A stretch of 64,000 nucleotides of DNA from an uncultured delta proteobacterium (GCA_963785725.1 CAWAWS010000018.1:96001-160000); one strand, 5' to 3'. Counted from the stretch's first letter, positions 19,461-30,202 are shown. The notes: a model not told the origin generated them from the sequence alone. Program-made: numbers and translations.

Positions 19461-20527
19461 GTGAGCGAGCGGACGTCGGGCGAGCGGATCGACCTCCAGG
19501 TATGAACCTGCGCGGTCGCAACGTCATTTTGCACGACATGTGCTTGCGCGACGGCATGCACCCGAAGCAGCACCAGATCTCGCTCGAGCAGATGATCAGC
19601 GTCGCCGAAGGGCTCGACGACGCCGGCGTGCCGCTCGTCGAGATCACGCACGGCGACGGCCTCGGCGGCGCGTCCATCAACTACGGCTTTCCGGCGCACA
19701 GCGACGAGGAATACCTGCGCGCTGTCATCCCGCGCATGAAGCGCGCGCGCATCTCGGCGCTGCTCTTGCCCGGCATCGGCACCGTCGACGACCTGCGCAT
19801 GGCGGTCGATTGCGGCGTCGGCACCATGCGCGTCGCCACCCATTGCACCGAGGCCGACGTCGCCGAGCAGCACATCGGCCTGGCGCGCAAATTGGGCGTC
19901 GACGCCGTCGGCTTCTTGATGATGGCGCACATGATCGAGCCCGAGGCGCTGCTGGTGCAGGCCAAGAAGCTCGAGAGCTACGGCTCGCACTGCGTCTACG
20001 TCACCGACTCCGCCGGCTACATGCTGCCCGACGACGTCACGGCGCGCATCGGCCTGTTGCGCGCGGAGTTGCGGCCGGAGACGCAGGTCGGCTTTCACGG
20101 CCATCACAACCTCGGCATGGGCATCGCCAACTCGCTCGCCGCGTTCGCCGCCGGCGCGGCGCGCATCGACGGCTCGGCCGCCGGCCTCGGCGCCGGCGCC
20201 GGCAACACGCCGCTCGAAGTCTTCGCCGCGGTGTTGGACCGCATGGGCGTCAACCACGGCGTCGACCTGTACAAGCTCATGGACGTCGCTGAAGAGCGCG
20301 TCGTGCCGATGATGGATCGCCCGGTGCGCATCGACCGCGACGCCTTGATCCTCGGTTACGCCGGCGTCTACTCGTCGTTCCTGCTGTTCGCGCAGCGCGC
20401 CGGCGAGCGCTACGGCGTCTCGTCACGCGACCTGCTCGTCGAGCTCGGCCGTCGCAAGACCGTCGGCGGGCAGGAAGATCTGATCGAAGACCTGGCGCTC
20501 GAGCTGTCGCGGGCCAAGTCGTCGTGA
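19457..20527 (+). CDS. hsaF: 4-hydroxy-2-oxovalerate/hexanoate aldolase (alternative start 19502)
   Basis: [33 protein letters not shown]. Confidence 0.95.
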   Translation: MSERADVGRADRPPGMNLRGRNVILHDMCLRDGMHPKQHQISLEQMISVAEGLDDAGVPLVEITHGDGLGGASINYGFPAHSDEEYLRAVIPRMKRARISALLLPGIGTVDDLRMAVDCGVGTMRVATHCTEADVAEQHIGLARKLGVDAVGFLMMAHMIEPEALLVQAKKLESYGSHCVYVTDSAGYMLPDDVTARIGLLRAELRPETQVGFHGHHNLGMGIANSLAAFAAGAARIDGSAAGLGAGAGNTPLEVFAAVLDRMGVNHGVDLYKLMDVAEERVVPMMDRPVRIDRDALILGYAGVYSSFLLFAQRAGERYGVSSRDLLVELGRRKTVGGQEDLIEDLALELSRAKSS

Positions 20528-20579
20528 GCGCGCGTCGGCGAGCGCGCTCGAGCGCGAGCGCGAGCTGCGGAGCGCGGCC

Positions 20580-21722
20580 GTGAGCGATTTCCGACAGGAG
20601 ACGCGCGCGTGGCTCACGGCCAGCTGTCCGCCGTCGATGCGCACGCCTTTTGCCGGCGAGCAGGATTGGGTGTGGGGTGGTCGTCAGCCGAAGTTCCCGA
20701 GTGACGACGCGCGCCTCTGGCTTTCGCGCATGGCCGAGCGCGGCTGGACGGCGCCGACGTGGCCGCGCGCCTACGGCGGCGGCGGCTTGTCGCCCGACGA
20801 AGCGACCATCCTCGACGAGGAGCTGCGCGCGCTCGGCTGTCGCGAGGCGCTCAAGAGCTTCGGCCTGTGGATGCTCGGCCCCGTGCTGCTCGAGTTCGGC
20901 TCCGAGGAGCAGCGCCTCGAGCACCTGCCGCGGATCATTCGCGGCGAAATCCGCTGGTGCCAAGGCTATAGCGAGCCCGAAGCCGGCTCCGACCTCGCGT
21001 CGCTGCAGACGCGCGCCACCCGCGACGGCGATCACTTCATCGTCGACGGCGGCAAGATTTGGACTTCGCACGCCGACGTCGCCGACTGGATGTTCTGCCT
21101 CGTCCGCACCGACGCCGCCGCCGGCAAGCACGCCGGCATCAGCTTCCTCTTGATCGATATGACGACGCCGGGCGTGAGCGTGCAGCCGATCCGGCTCATC
21201 AGCGGCGCCTCGCCATTCTGTCAGACGTTCTTCGACAACGTGCGCGTGCCGGCGCGCAATCTCGTGGGCGCGCCGGGCACCGGCTGGACCATCGCCAAGA
21301 CGCTGCTCAAGCACGAGCGCTCGCTCATCGCCCATCGGCGCGGCGCGGCGACGACGGAAGAGGAGCCGCTGGAAGCGATGGCGCGCCGCTACGGCGTCGA
21401 CGGCGATCTGCGTTTGCGCGATCGCATCACGCAGGCGAACTTGGATTCGCTGGCCTATCGCGCGCTGGTCAAGCGGTCGAGCGACGCGTCGCTGCAGAAG
21501 CTGTGCGGCACCGAGCTGAACCAGCGGCGCAAGGAGCTGCGCGTGCAGCTGGCCGGCTTCAACGGGCTCGGCTGGGAAGGCGACGACTTCAGCGCCGGCG
21601 AGCTGCAGCAGACGCGCGAGTGGCTCCGTTCGCGCGCCAATACCATCGAAGGCGGCACGTCCGAGATTCAGCTCAACATCATTGCCCGCCGCGCGCTCGG
21701 CCTCGGCGACGGACGCGAATGA
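20580..21722 (+). CDS. Acyl-CoA dehydrogenase (catalytic-type subunit)
   Basis: WCQGYSEPEAGSDLASL, GISFLLID, RANTIEGGTSEIQ. Confidence 0.92.
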   Translation: MSDFRQETRAWLTASCPPSMRTPFAGEQDWVWGGRQPKFPSDDARLWLSRMAERGWTAPTWPRAYGGGGLSPDEATILDEELRALGCREALKSFGLWMLGPVLLEFGSEEQRLEHLPRIIRGEIRWCQGYSEPEAGSDLASLQTRATRDGDHFIVDGGKIWTSHADVADWMFCLVRTDAAAGKHAGISFLLIDMTTPGVSVQPIRLISGASPFCQTFFDNVRVPARNLVGAPGTGWTIAKTLLKHERSLIAHRRGAATTEEEPLEAMARRYGVDGDLRLRDRITQANLDSLAYRALVKRSSDASLQKLCGTELNQRRKELRVQLAGFNGLGWEGDDFSAGELQQTREWLRSRANTIEGGTSEIQLNIIARRALGLGDGRE

Positions 21723-21804
21723 TGACGCAATTCAACCTGTTGTCGATCGTGATCGCAATGATGATGGGCGACATGATTGGACGCGAGCCCATGACGGTGC
21801 AGCA

Positions 21805-23019
21805 ATGATGACGAGCGACATCGTTGCTGCGCTGCAGGCGACGGTCAAGAAGTGGGCGCGCGAGCGGCTGCCGGTCGCCCATTTGCGCGCGCTGCGCGAC
21901 AGCCGCGACGCCGTCGGCTTCAGCCGCGACGCGTGGCTGCAGTGGGCCGAGCTCGGCTTGTGCGGCGTCACCATCGGCGAGGAGTTCGGCGGCAGCGCGC
22001 TCGGCTATGGCGCGCTCGGCCTGGCGGTGACCGAGCTCGGCCGCTCGCTGGCGCCGTTGCCGTGGCTGGCGGCGGTCCTCGGCGGTGGCGCCATCGCGCT
22101 CGGCGGCAGCGACGCGCAGCGCCGCGACCACTTGCCCGCGCTCGCCGCCGGCACGCGCTTGCCGACGCTGGCGCACGACGAAGGCACGCGCCATCGCCGC
22201 CATCGCGTCGCCTGTCGCGCCGCGCGCACGCCGGCCGGCTTCGTGCTCGACGGCGAAAAGACCATGGTCCTCGACGGTCACGTCGCCGACCTGTTCGTCG
22301 TGAGCGCGCGAACGTCGGGCGCGCCGAGCTCGCCCGCTTCGCTCGCGTCGGCGAGCTCGCCCGCTTCGCTCGCGTCGGCGAGCGCGCCCCAGTCGTTGGG
22401 CGCGCTCGAGCAGCGCGACGGCATCACCCTCTTTCTCGTCGACGCGCGCGCCGCCGGCGTCAGCGTCACACGTAGCCACGTCGTCGACAGCCGCAACGCC
22501 GCGCGCCTGCGGCTCAGCCACGTCACCGTCGGTGAAGCCGACGTCGTCGGCGGCCTCGATCACGGCGCGGACGTCCTCGATCCGCTGCTCGATCGCGCCA
22601 CCATCGTTCTGGCGGCCGAGATGTTGGGGAGCCTCGAAGAGGCGTTCGCGCGCACGCTGGCGCACCTCAAGTCGCGCCGCCAATTCGGCGTGCTCTTGGG
22701 CTCGTTTCAGGCGCTGCAGCATCGCGCCGCGCGCGCCTGGTGCGAGATCGAGCTGACCCGCGCGCTCGTCGCCGAGGCGCTGGAAGCGGCCGACGGCGAC
22801 GACGCAGCGCTGACGGCGCGCCTCGCCTGCGCGGCCAAGGCGCGCGCGTCCGACGCCTTCATCGCCGTCGCCTCCGAAGCCGTGCAGCTGCACGGCGGTA
22901 TCGGCGTCACCGACGAGCTCGACATCGGCCTCTTTTACAAGCGCGCGCACGTGGCCGCACAGCTCTTGGGCGACGCCGCCTATCAGCGCGACCGCTTCGC
23001 CACGCTCTCGGGTTATTGA
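21805..23019 (+). CDS. Acyl-CoA dehydrogenase (partner-type subunit) with internal repeat insertion
   Basis: RRQFG..LGSFQALQHR, AVQLHGGIGVTDE. Confidence 0.88.
   Translation: MMTSDIVAALQATVKKWARERLPVAHLRALRDSRDAVGFSRDAWLQWAELGLCGVTIGEEFGGSALGYGALGLAVTELGRSLAPLPWLAAVLGGGAIALGGSDAQRRDHLPALAAGTRLPTLAHDEGTRHRRHRVACRAARTPAGFVLDGEKTMVLDGHVADLFVVSARTSGAPSSPASLASASSPASLASASAPQSLGALEQRDGITLFLVDARAAGVSVTRSHVVDSRNAARLRLSHVTVGEADVVGGLDHGADVLDPLLDRATIVLAAEMLGSLEEAFARTLAHLKSRRQFGVLLGSFQALQHRAARAWCEIELTRALVAEALEAADGDDAALTARLACAAKARASDAFIAVASEAVQLHGGIGVTDELDIGLFYKRAHVAAQLLGDAAYQRDRFATLSGY
22325..22389 (+). repeat. In-frame 27-bp tandem repeat (2.4 copies; SSPASLASA)
   Basis: CGAGCTCGCCCGCTTCGCTCGCGTCGG x2 plus a partial copy. 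Confidence 0.9.
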
Positions 23020-23020
23020 C

Positions 23021-24139
23021 ATGAACTTTGCGCTGACCGAAGAGCAAGAGGCGCTGCGTCGGCAAGCGCGCCAGCTGATGAAGCTGTCGGCGACGTCGGC
23101 GGCGACGCGGCAGGCGATCGCGAACCAGGCGTTCGATGCGACGCTGTGGGCGCGCATGGTCGAGCTCGGCTGGACGGCGCTGCTCGTGCCCGAAGAGTTG
23201 GGCGGCCTCGGCCTCGGCTTCATCGAGCTGGCGGCGGTGATGGAGGAGACCGGCGGCGCGCTCGCCTGTGCGCCGCTGTTCTCGACCGTCTGCTTGGCGA
23301 CGAACGTGCTGCTGCTCGCCGACGGCGCCGCGCCGCAGCGCCGGCTGTTGACCGAGATCGCCGAGGGCCGCCTGCGCGCGACCGTCGGCTTCGCCCCGCC
23401 CAACGAAGGCGACGGCCTGCGCGCCGTGCGCGACGGCGGCGACGTGCGGCTCACGGGCGAGTTGGCGTTCGTCGTCGACGGCGACAGCGCCGAGCTGCTG
23501 CTCGTGCGCGCCAGCGAGGCCGACGGCGCCGTAGGCGTCTACGCGCTGAGCGCCCCGGCGTCGGACCCCGTTGCCGGCCTCGTGCGCCGCGCGCGTCCGA
23601 CGCTCGACGGCACGCGCCGCCTGGCCGACCTGCGTTGCGACGACCTGCGCTTGCCCGCCGCCGCGCGCCTGCCCGGCGACGGCGCCGCGCTCCTCGACGG
23701 CGCGCTGGCCCGCGCCCGCATCGCGCTCGCCGCCGAGTCGTTGGGCGGCGCCGAGCGCTGCCTCGCCATGTCCGTCGAGTACGCCAAGACGCGCGTGCAA
23801 TTCAGCCGCGCCATCGGCAGCTTCCAGGCCGTCAAACACCGCTGCGCCGACCTCTTGATGCTCATCGAGACCGCGCGCTCGGCCGTCACCTGGGCCGCCT
23901 ATTGCGCCGCCACCGACGATCCCGAGCTCGCGGTCGCGGCGTCCGTCGCGCACAGCTACGTCGGCGAGGCCTATTTGCGCGCCACCGGCGACACCATCCA
24001 GATCCACGGCGGCATGGGCTTTACGTGGGAGCACGACGCGCATTTGTACTTCCGGCGCGCGCGCGGCTCGGCCGAGCTGCTCGGCGACGCCCGCGGCGAG
24101 CGCGAAAAGCTGGCGCAAAAGATCGGCCTCTCGTCATGA
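23021..24139 (+). CDS. Acyl-CoA dehydrogenase, FadE33/IpdE2-like partner subunit
   Basis: RVQFSRAIGSFQAVKHR, IQIHGGMGFTWEHDAHLYFRRA. Confidence 0.88.
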   Translation: MNFALTEEQEALRRQARQLMKLSATSAATRQAIANQAFDATLWARMVELGWTALLVPEELGGLGLGFIELAAVMEETGGALACAPLFSTVCLATNVLLLADGAAPQRRLLTEIAEGRLRATVGFAPPNEGDGLRAVRDGGDVRLTGELAFVVDGDSAELLLVRASEADGAVGVYALSAPASDPVAGLVRRARPTLDGTRRLADLRCDDLRLPAAARLPGDGAALLDGALARARIALAAESLGGAERCLAMSVEYAKTRVQFSRAIGSFQAVKHRCADLLMLIETARSAVTWAAYCAATDDPELAVAASVAHSYVGEAYLRATGDTIQIHGGMGFTWEHDAHLYFRRARGSAELLGDARGEREKLAQKIGLSS

Positions 24140-24149
24140 GCGCCCCGAT

Positions 24150-25826
24150 ATGACAGCCGATATGACAGCCGATATGACGCCAGACAGGATGCCGGAGACG
24201 ATGAACGACGAGGCGGAACAGCTCGACGAGACGGCCGCGACCCGCGACGCGACGAGCCTGCCGATGGACCGCGACTCCGGCACGCTGCCCGAGCTCGTGC
24301 GCGCGCAGGCCGCGCGCCACGGCGATCGCGTCGCCATCCGCGACGGCGCCACCGACGTCACCTTCGCCGCGCTCGCCGCCGCCGTCGACGAGTGCGCGCG
24401 CGCCTGGATGGCGCTCGGCATCGCGCGCGGCGATCGCGTGGCCGTGTGGGCGCCCAACAGCGCGCGCTGGCAGGTCGCCGCGCTCGGCGCGCAGGCCGCC
24501 GGCGCCATCTTGGTGCCGCTCAACACCCGCTGGAAAGGCCGCGAAGTCGCCGAAGTCTTGGTGCGCGCAGGCGTTCGCGCGCTCGTCACCGTCAACGGCT
24601 TCCTCGGCCTCGATTATGTCGCCATGCTGCGCAGCTGCGACGTGCCGACGCCAATGCTGACGCATATCATCATTGCCGAGGGCGCGGCTCCGGCCGGTAC
24701 GCTCGACTGGCCGGCGTTCCTGGCCGGCGCCGGCCGCGTCGCGGCCGCCGCGGCGGATGCGCGCAGCCGCGCGGTCACGAGCGACGACCTGTCCGACCTC
24801 ATCTTCACTGCCGGCACCACCGGGCAGTCCAAAGGCGTCGCCTGCACGCACGGCCAGAGCCTGCGCGTCTTCCGCACGTGGAGCGAGGTGGTCGGCCTAC
24901 GCGCGAGCGATCGCTACTTGGTCGTCAATCCCTACTTCCACACGTTCGGCTACAAGGCCGGCTGGCTCGCCTGCTTGTTGACGGGCGCGACCTGTCTGCC
25001 GCATCCGGTGTTCGACGTGCCGTCGCTCTTGGCGCGCATCGCCGCCGAGCGCGTCACCGTCCTGCCGGGGCCGCCGACGCTGTATCAGTCGATTCTGCAC
25101 GCGCCCGATCGCGCCCGCTACGATCTGTCGAGCCTGCGGCTGGCCGTGACCGGCGCGGCGTCGGTGCCGGTCGAGCTCATCCGCCGCATGCGCGACGAGC
25201 TGACCTTCGGCACCGTCCTCACCGCCTACGGCCTCACGGAATCGACGGGCACGGTGACGATGTGCCGCCGCGACGACGACGTCGAGACCATCGCCAACAC
25301 CTCCGGCCGCGCCATCCCCGGCGTCGAGGTGCGCATCGACGAGGCCGCCGGCGGCGAAGTGCTGGTGCGCGGCTACAACGTCATGCGCGGCTACTGGGAA
25401 GACGACGCCGCCACGCGCGCCGCCATCGACGCCGACGGCTGGCTGCGTACGGGCGACGTCGGCATCTTGGACGCGCGCGGCAACTTACGCATCACCGATC
25501 GCATCAAGGACATGTTCATCGTCGGTGGCTTCAACGTCTACCCGGCCGAGGTCGAGAACGTCCTGTTGCGCCATGAAGCGATCGCCCAAGCCGCCGTCGT
25601 CGGCGCGCCCGACGAGCGCCTCGGCGAAGTCGGCTGCGCCTTCGTCGTCCTCAGGCCGAACACGAAGGCGACCGCCGACGAGCTCGCCGGCTGGGCGCGC
25701 GAGCAGATGGCGCACTACAAAGCGCCGCGCCGCGTGCACGTCGTCGACGCGCTGCCGCTCAACGCGGTCGGCAAAGTCCTGAAGTATCAGCTGCGCGAAA
25801 TCGCCCGTCAGACTTCGCAGTCGTAA
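24150..25826 (+). CDS. fadD3: HIP-CoA synthetase
   Basis: FTAGTTGQSKG, NPYFHTFGYKAG, PGPPTLYQS, TAYGLTE, KDMFIVGGFNVYPAE; true start uncertain (12-bp MTAD repeats). Confidence 0.88.
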   Translation: MTADMTADMTPDRMPETMNDEAEQLDETAATRDATSLPMDRDSGTLPELVRAQAARHGDRVAIRDGATDVTFAALAAAVDECARAWMALGIARGDRVAVWAPNSARWQVAALGAQAAGAILVPLNTRWKGREVAEVLVRAGVRALVTVNGFLGLDYVAMLRSCDVPTPMLTHIIIAEGAAPAGTLDWPAFLAGAGRVAAAAADARSRAVTSDDLSDLIFTAGTTGQSKGVACTHGQSLRVFRTWSEVVGLRASDRYLVVNPYFHTFGYKAGWLACLLTGATCLPHPVFDVPSLLARIAAERVTVLPGPPTLYQSILHAPDRARYDLSSLRLAVTGAASVPVELIRRMRDELTFGTVLTAYGLTESTGTVTMCRRDDDVETIANTSGRAIPGVEVRIDEAAGGEVLVRGYNVMRGYWEDDAATRAAIDADGWLRTGDVGILDARGNLRITDRIKDMFIVGGFNVYPAEVENVLLRHEAIAQAAVVGAPDERLGEVGCAFVVLRPNTKATADELAGWAREQMAHYKAPRRVHVVDALPLNAVGKVLKYQLREIARQTSQS

Positions 25827-25882
25827 GATCATCGCATGGGCGAGCTGAGGCTTGGAGGCGCTGCTTCCGCCTTCCGGGACGG

Positions 25883-26809
25883 CTAGCTGCCGTAGACTTT
25901 TTCGGCGGGCTTGGCTTCGGCGATGAGGCGACGGACGGCGTCGCCGACTTCGGTCGCCTCCCAGCGCGCACCTTTGTCGACGTGCGGACCGACGCGCCAG
26001 CCGTCGGCGAGCGAGACGAGGCCGCCTTGCACCTCGAAGACGCGCCCGCTGACGTCGCGCGCCTCGGCCGAGGCCAGCCAGGCGACGAGCGGCGCGACGT
26101 TGCTCGGGTCCATCGCGTCGAAGCCGGCTTCCGGTCGCTTCATCATGTCGGCGAACGTCGCTTCGGTCATGCGCGTGCGTGCCGCGGGGGCGATGGCGTT
26201 GACGGTGACGCCGTAGCGGCGCAGCTCGGCGGCGGCGACGAGCGTCAGCCCGGTGATGCCGGCTTTGGCGGCGGAGTAGGCGCCTTGACCGACCGAGCCG
26301 CGCAAGCCAGCGCCCGACGTGGTGTTGATGACGCGCGCGTCCACCTTTTCGCCGGCTTTGCTGCGCGCGCGCCAGTGGTCGGCGGCGTGGCGCGGCATGC
26401 AGAAGTGGCCCTTCAGGTGCACGCGAACGACGGCGTCCCACTCGTCTTCGCTCGTCGAGACCAGCATGCGATCGCGGACGAAGCCGGCATTGTTGACGAG
26501 GACGTCGAGGCGGCCCCACGTCGTCACGGCGGCGTCGACGAGGCGGCGGCTGCCGGCCCAATCGGCGACGTCGTCGCCGTTGGCGATGGCTTCGCCGCCG
26601 GCGGCACGGATGGCGTCGGCCACTTCGACCGCCAGCGCCGAGGCGCCACCCCCGGCTGAGTTGCCGGCGCCGTCGACGCCGAGGTCATTGACGACGACGC
26701 GCGCGCCCAAGCGCGCCAGCTCCTCGGCGTGCGCGCGACCGATGCCGCGGCCGGCGCCGGTGACGATGCAGACGCGCCCGTCGAGCAAACGCGGTGCCGC
26801 CGTCGTCAT
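25883..26809 (-). CDS. SDR family oxidoreductase, Rv3548c-like
   Basis: TGAGRGIGRAHA, VHLKGHF, GSVGQGAYSAAKAGI, ARTRMTE..FDAM. Confidence 0.9.
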   Translation of the reverse strand: MTTAAPRLLDGRVCIVTGAGRGIGRAHAEELARLGARVVVNDLGVDGAGNSAGGGASALAVEVADAIRAAGGEAIANGDDVADWAGSRRLVDAAVTTWGRLDVLVNNAGFVRDRMLVSTSEDEWDAVVRVHLKGHFCMPRHAADHWRARSKAGEKVDARVINTTSGAGLRGSVGQGAYSAAKAGITGLTLVAAAELRRYGVTVNAIAPAARTRMTEATFADMMKRPEAGFDAMDPSNVAPLVAWLASAEARDVSGRVFEVQGGLVSLADGWRVGPHVDKGARWEATEVGDAVRRLIAEAKPAEKVYGS

Positions 26810-27961
26810 TACAGGCGCTCGATGATGGTGACGTTGGCCTGCCCGCCGCCTTCGCACATCGTCTGCAAGCCGTAGCGGCCGCCCGTGCGCTCCAGCTCAC
26901 CGAGCAGCGACGTCATCAAGCGCGCGCCGGTGGCGCCGAGCGGATGGCCGAGCGCGATGGCGCCGCCGTTGACGTTGACGCGCTCGGGATCGGCGCCCAA
27001 TTCCTTCTGCCACGCCAGAACCACCGACGCGAAGGCCTCGTTGATCTCGACCAGGTCGATGTCGTCCAACGTCAAACCAGTCTTCTTGAGCGCCCACTGC
27101 GTCGCCGGCATCGGCGCCGTCAGCATCCAGACCGGGTCGGCGCCACGCACGCTCAGGTGGTGAATGCGCGCGCGCGGCTTCAAGTTGTGCTCTTTGACCG
27201 CGCGCTCGTAGGCGATGAGCAGCGCCGCCGCACCGTCGGAGATTTGGCTCGACAGGGCGGCCGTGATGCGACCGCCTTCGGCCAGCGTCTTCAGCGTCGC
27301 CATCTTCTCCAGCGTCGAGTCGCGGCGCGGCCCTTCGTCGAAGTCGAGGCCGTTGAGCGGGGCGATCTCGCGCGCGAAGCGCTTCTCGTCGCCGGCGCGG
27401 ATCGCGCGCCGATGGCTCTCGAAGGCGAACTTCTCCATGTCGAGCCGCGACAAGTTCCACTTCTCGGCGATCATTTCCGCGGAGCGGAACTGCGAGATCG
27501 GCGTGTCGCCATAGCGCGCGACCCAGCCCTTCGACGACGAGAACGGGTCGCGAAAGCCGAGCGAATCGCCGACGCGCCACGACGTGCCGATGGGGATGGC
27601 GCTCATGTTCTGCAAGCCGCCGGCGATGACCATGTCGCTGCGTGCCGCTCATGACCGCCTGCGCCGCGAAGTGCACCGCCTGCTGCGACGAGCCGCACTG
27701 CCGATCGAGCGTCACGCCGGGCACGGTGTCGGGCAGCCCGGCCGCCAGCCACGCCGTGCGCGCCACGTCACCGGCTTGCGGGCCGATCATGTCGACGCAG
27801 CCCATGACGACATCCTCGACGGCGGCGGGATCGATCCCGGTGCGCGTCACCAGCGCCGCGAGGACGTGCGCGCCGAGGTCGGCGGGGTGAACGGTCGCCA
27901 ACGTGCCGCCCTTCTTGCCGACGGGCGTGCGCACGGCATCGATGATGAACGCTTCACTCAT
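26809..27961 (-). CDS. fadA6: Thiolase FadA6 (one +1 frameshift near 27640 in this sequence)
   Basis: IIDAVRTPVG, DRQCGSSQQ, INEAF, GHPLGATG, TMCEGGGQAN across two frames. Confidence 0.88.
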
Positions 27962-29013
27962 GTACTGTCTCCGTCGGTAGGTTGGGCGTCGAGATAGTGG
28001 GCGGCGACCCGGGCACGCTGGCTGGGCGCGTCGCCCCAAGCCGCGGCCAGCGCCCAGGTGCGCTTCAGGTACAGGTGCAGGTCGTGCTCGAAGCTGTAGC
28101 CGATGGCGCCGTGGCACTGCAGCGCCGCGCGGCCGGCGCGCTCGGCGGCGTCGGACGCGGCCGCCTTGGCCATGGCGACGGCGACGGCGCGCTCGGACGC
28201 GACCTCGTGGCGCGCCAGCGCGTAGGCGGCGTGATAGACGAGCGGGCGCGCCAGCTCGAGCGCCACCAGCGCGTCGGCGAGCTGGTGCTTCACCGCTTGA
28301 AAGCTGCCCACCGCTTGACCGAACTGGCGCCGCACTTTGACGTACTCGACGGTCAAGTCGAGCATGCGCGCGCCCAAGCCGAGGAGCTGCGCGGCCGCCG
28401 CGAGCGCGCCGCGATCGGCGGCGTCGGCGAACACCTCCACGGCATCGGCCGTCAAAACCGTCGCCGCTCGCGGCGTCCACTCGACGGCGAAGAGGCGGCG
28501 CGCGCCGTCGACCGACTGACGCGGCGACAGGCGCGCGCGCTCGCGGGGCAGGGCGTGCAAGGCGTCGCCGTCACGCAGCAGCAAGAGGTCGGCGACATGC
28601 GCATCCGCGACGAGCGGCGCGTCTTTGGCGCCGCCGGTCTGAGGCGCGACCGACACGGTGACGATGGCGGTGCCGTCGGCGATGCGCAAAAGCCAGTCGC
28701 TCGTCGGCGCCACGGCGGCCAAGAGCGGCGCGCCCACGGCCGTCGTCTCCAGCAGCGGCTCCGGCAAGGCCGCGCGGCCGGCCTCTTGGAGCGGCAACAC
28801 CCAGTCGAGCGCGTCGCCGCCGAGGCCGCCGTGCTCGGGCGGCACCGTCAGCCCGACGACGCCGACGTCGGCCAGCTGCTTCCAGCGCGCCGGCGAGCGT
28901 CCGCTGTCGCTGGCCCAGGCGCTGCGCACCTCCGACGGCGGGCAGGCGCGCGCCAAGAGCTCGCGCATCGTGCGCTGAAACTGCCGCTGCTCGGCGGAGA
29001 AGGCGAAGCGCAC
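27958..29013 (-). CDS. fadE32: Acyl-CoA dehydrogenase, FadE32-like
   Basis: RQFGQAVGSFQAVKHQLAD..ALELARPLVY, ALQCHGAIGY..EHDL. Confidence 0.8.
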   Translation of the reverse strand: MRFAFSAEQRQFQRTMRELLARACPPSEVRSAWASDSGRSPARWKQLADVGVVGLTVPPEHGGLGGDALDWVLPLQEAGRAALPEPLLETTAVGAPLLAAVAPTSDWLLRIADGTAIVTVSVAPQTGGAKDAPLVADAHVADLLLLRDGDALHALPRERARLSPRQSVDGARRLFAVEWTPRAATVLTADAVEVFADAADRGALAAAAQLLGLGARMLDLTVEYVKVRRQFGQAVGSFQAVKHQLADALVALELARPLVYHAAYALARHEVASERAVAVAMAKAAASDAAERAGRAALQCHGAIGYSFEHDLHLYLKRTWALAAAWGDAPSQRARVAAHYLDAQPTDGDST

Positions 29014-29014
29014 G

Positions 29015-30175
29015 TCAGCGCCTCGGCAGCCCGAGCACGCGCTCGGCCACGACATTGCGTTGAATCTCGTTGGTCCCCGCGTAGATCGGACCGGCGAGCG
29101 CGAACTGGAAGCCTTTGAGCCACGCCGACTCGTCGCCGTCGGTCAGCTCGCCGAGCGGCCCCAAGATCGACAGCGCCGTCTCGTGCAGCTGCACGTCGAG
29201 CTCGCTCCAAAAGATCTTGTTGATGCTGGCTTCGGGCCCGATCGGCTGGCCATCCTCGACCCGCGCCACCATCTGCAACGTGTAGAGCCGGTAGGCCTCG
29301 GCGTCGCTGACGGCGCGGGCGACGGCGTCGCGCTGCAACGTCGTGCCGCCGCCGTGGCGACGGCACAGCTCGACGAGGCGTTGGGCGGCGGCGAGGAAGC
29401 GGCCCGGGCTGCGCAAGTTGAGGCCGCGCTCGGAGCCGGCGGTGGCCATGGCGACGTCCCAGCCTTTGTGCGGCTCGCCCAAGACGTCGCGATCGGAGAC
29501 GAAGACGTCGTCGAGGAAGACCTCGGCGAAGCCGGGCTCGCCGTCGAGCCGCTGCACCGGCCGCACGGTCACGCCTTCGGCGCGCAGCGGCACGAGGAAG
29601 TAGGTGAGGCCGCGGTGGCGCTCGGCGGTCGGGTCGCTGCGGAAGAGGCCGAACAGCCAGTCGCAGAAGGCGCCGCGCGAGCACCACGTCTTTTGGCCGC
29701 TGAGCCGCCAGCCGCCGCGCTTGTCGTCGCGCACGGCGCGGCTCGTCAGCGCCGCCAAGTCGCTGCCGGCGTTGGGCTCGGACCAGCCCTGCGCCCACAC
29801 GTCGTCGACGGCGGCCATGCGGCGCAAGATGCGCGCGCGCTGCTCGTCGGTGCCGAACTCGAACAGCGTCGGCGCCAGCAGCGAGATGCCGTTTTGGCTG
29901 ATGCGCTGCGGGGCGCCGGCGCGGAAATATTCCTCTTCGAAGAGCAGCCACTCGATGATCGACGCCTGCCGGCCGCCGTATTCGCGCGGCCAGGTGACGA
30001 CCGACCAGCCGGCCTCGAACAGCTGCCGCTCCCACGCGCGACAACGGGCGAAGCCCTCGGGCGTGTCACCCGACGGCTGCGGGCCGCCGGCCAAGAAGTG
30101 GGGCACGTGCGTCGCCAGCCACGCGCGCGCCTCGTCGACGAACGCGCGCTCCGTGTGCGACAGCTCGAGATCCAT
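29015..30175 (-). CDS. fadE31: Acyl-CoA dehydrogenase, FadE31-like
   Basis: FEEEYFRAGAP.R..QNG, WAQGWSEP, KIFWSELDV.LH, FALAGPIYAGTNEIQRN. Confidence 0.85.
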   Translation of the reverse strand: MDLELSHTERAFVDEARAWLATHVPHFLAGGPQPSGDTPEGFARCRAWERQLFEAGWSVVTWPREYGGRQASIIEWLLFEEEYFRAGAPQRISQNGISLLAPTLFEFGTDEQRARILRRMAAVDDVWAQGWSEPNAGSDLAALTSRAVRDDKRGGWRLSGQKTWCSRGAFCDWLFGLFRSDPTAERHRGLTYFLVPLRAEGVTVRPVQRLDGEPGFAEVFLDDVFVSDRDVLGEPHKGWDVAMATAGSERGLNLRSPGRFLAAAQRLVELCRRHGGGTTLQRDAVARAVSDAEAYRLYTLQMVARVEDGQPIGPEASINKIFWSELDVQLHETALSILGPLGELTDGDESAWLKGFQFALAGPIYAGTNEIQRNVVAERVLGLPRR

Positions 30176-30202
30176 GCCGCCGTGATCGGTGACGACCGAC
30201 AA

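Noticed and set aside
24145..24180. 12-bp repeat (CCGATATGACAG) at the fadD3 start as a regulatory switch
   Set aside because: In-frame short duplication with no further support; it mainly makes the start codon ambiguous
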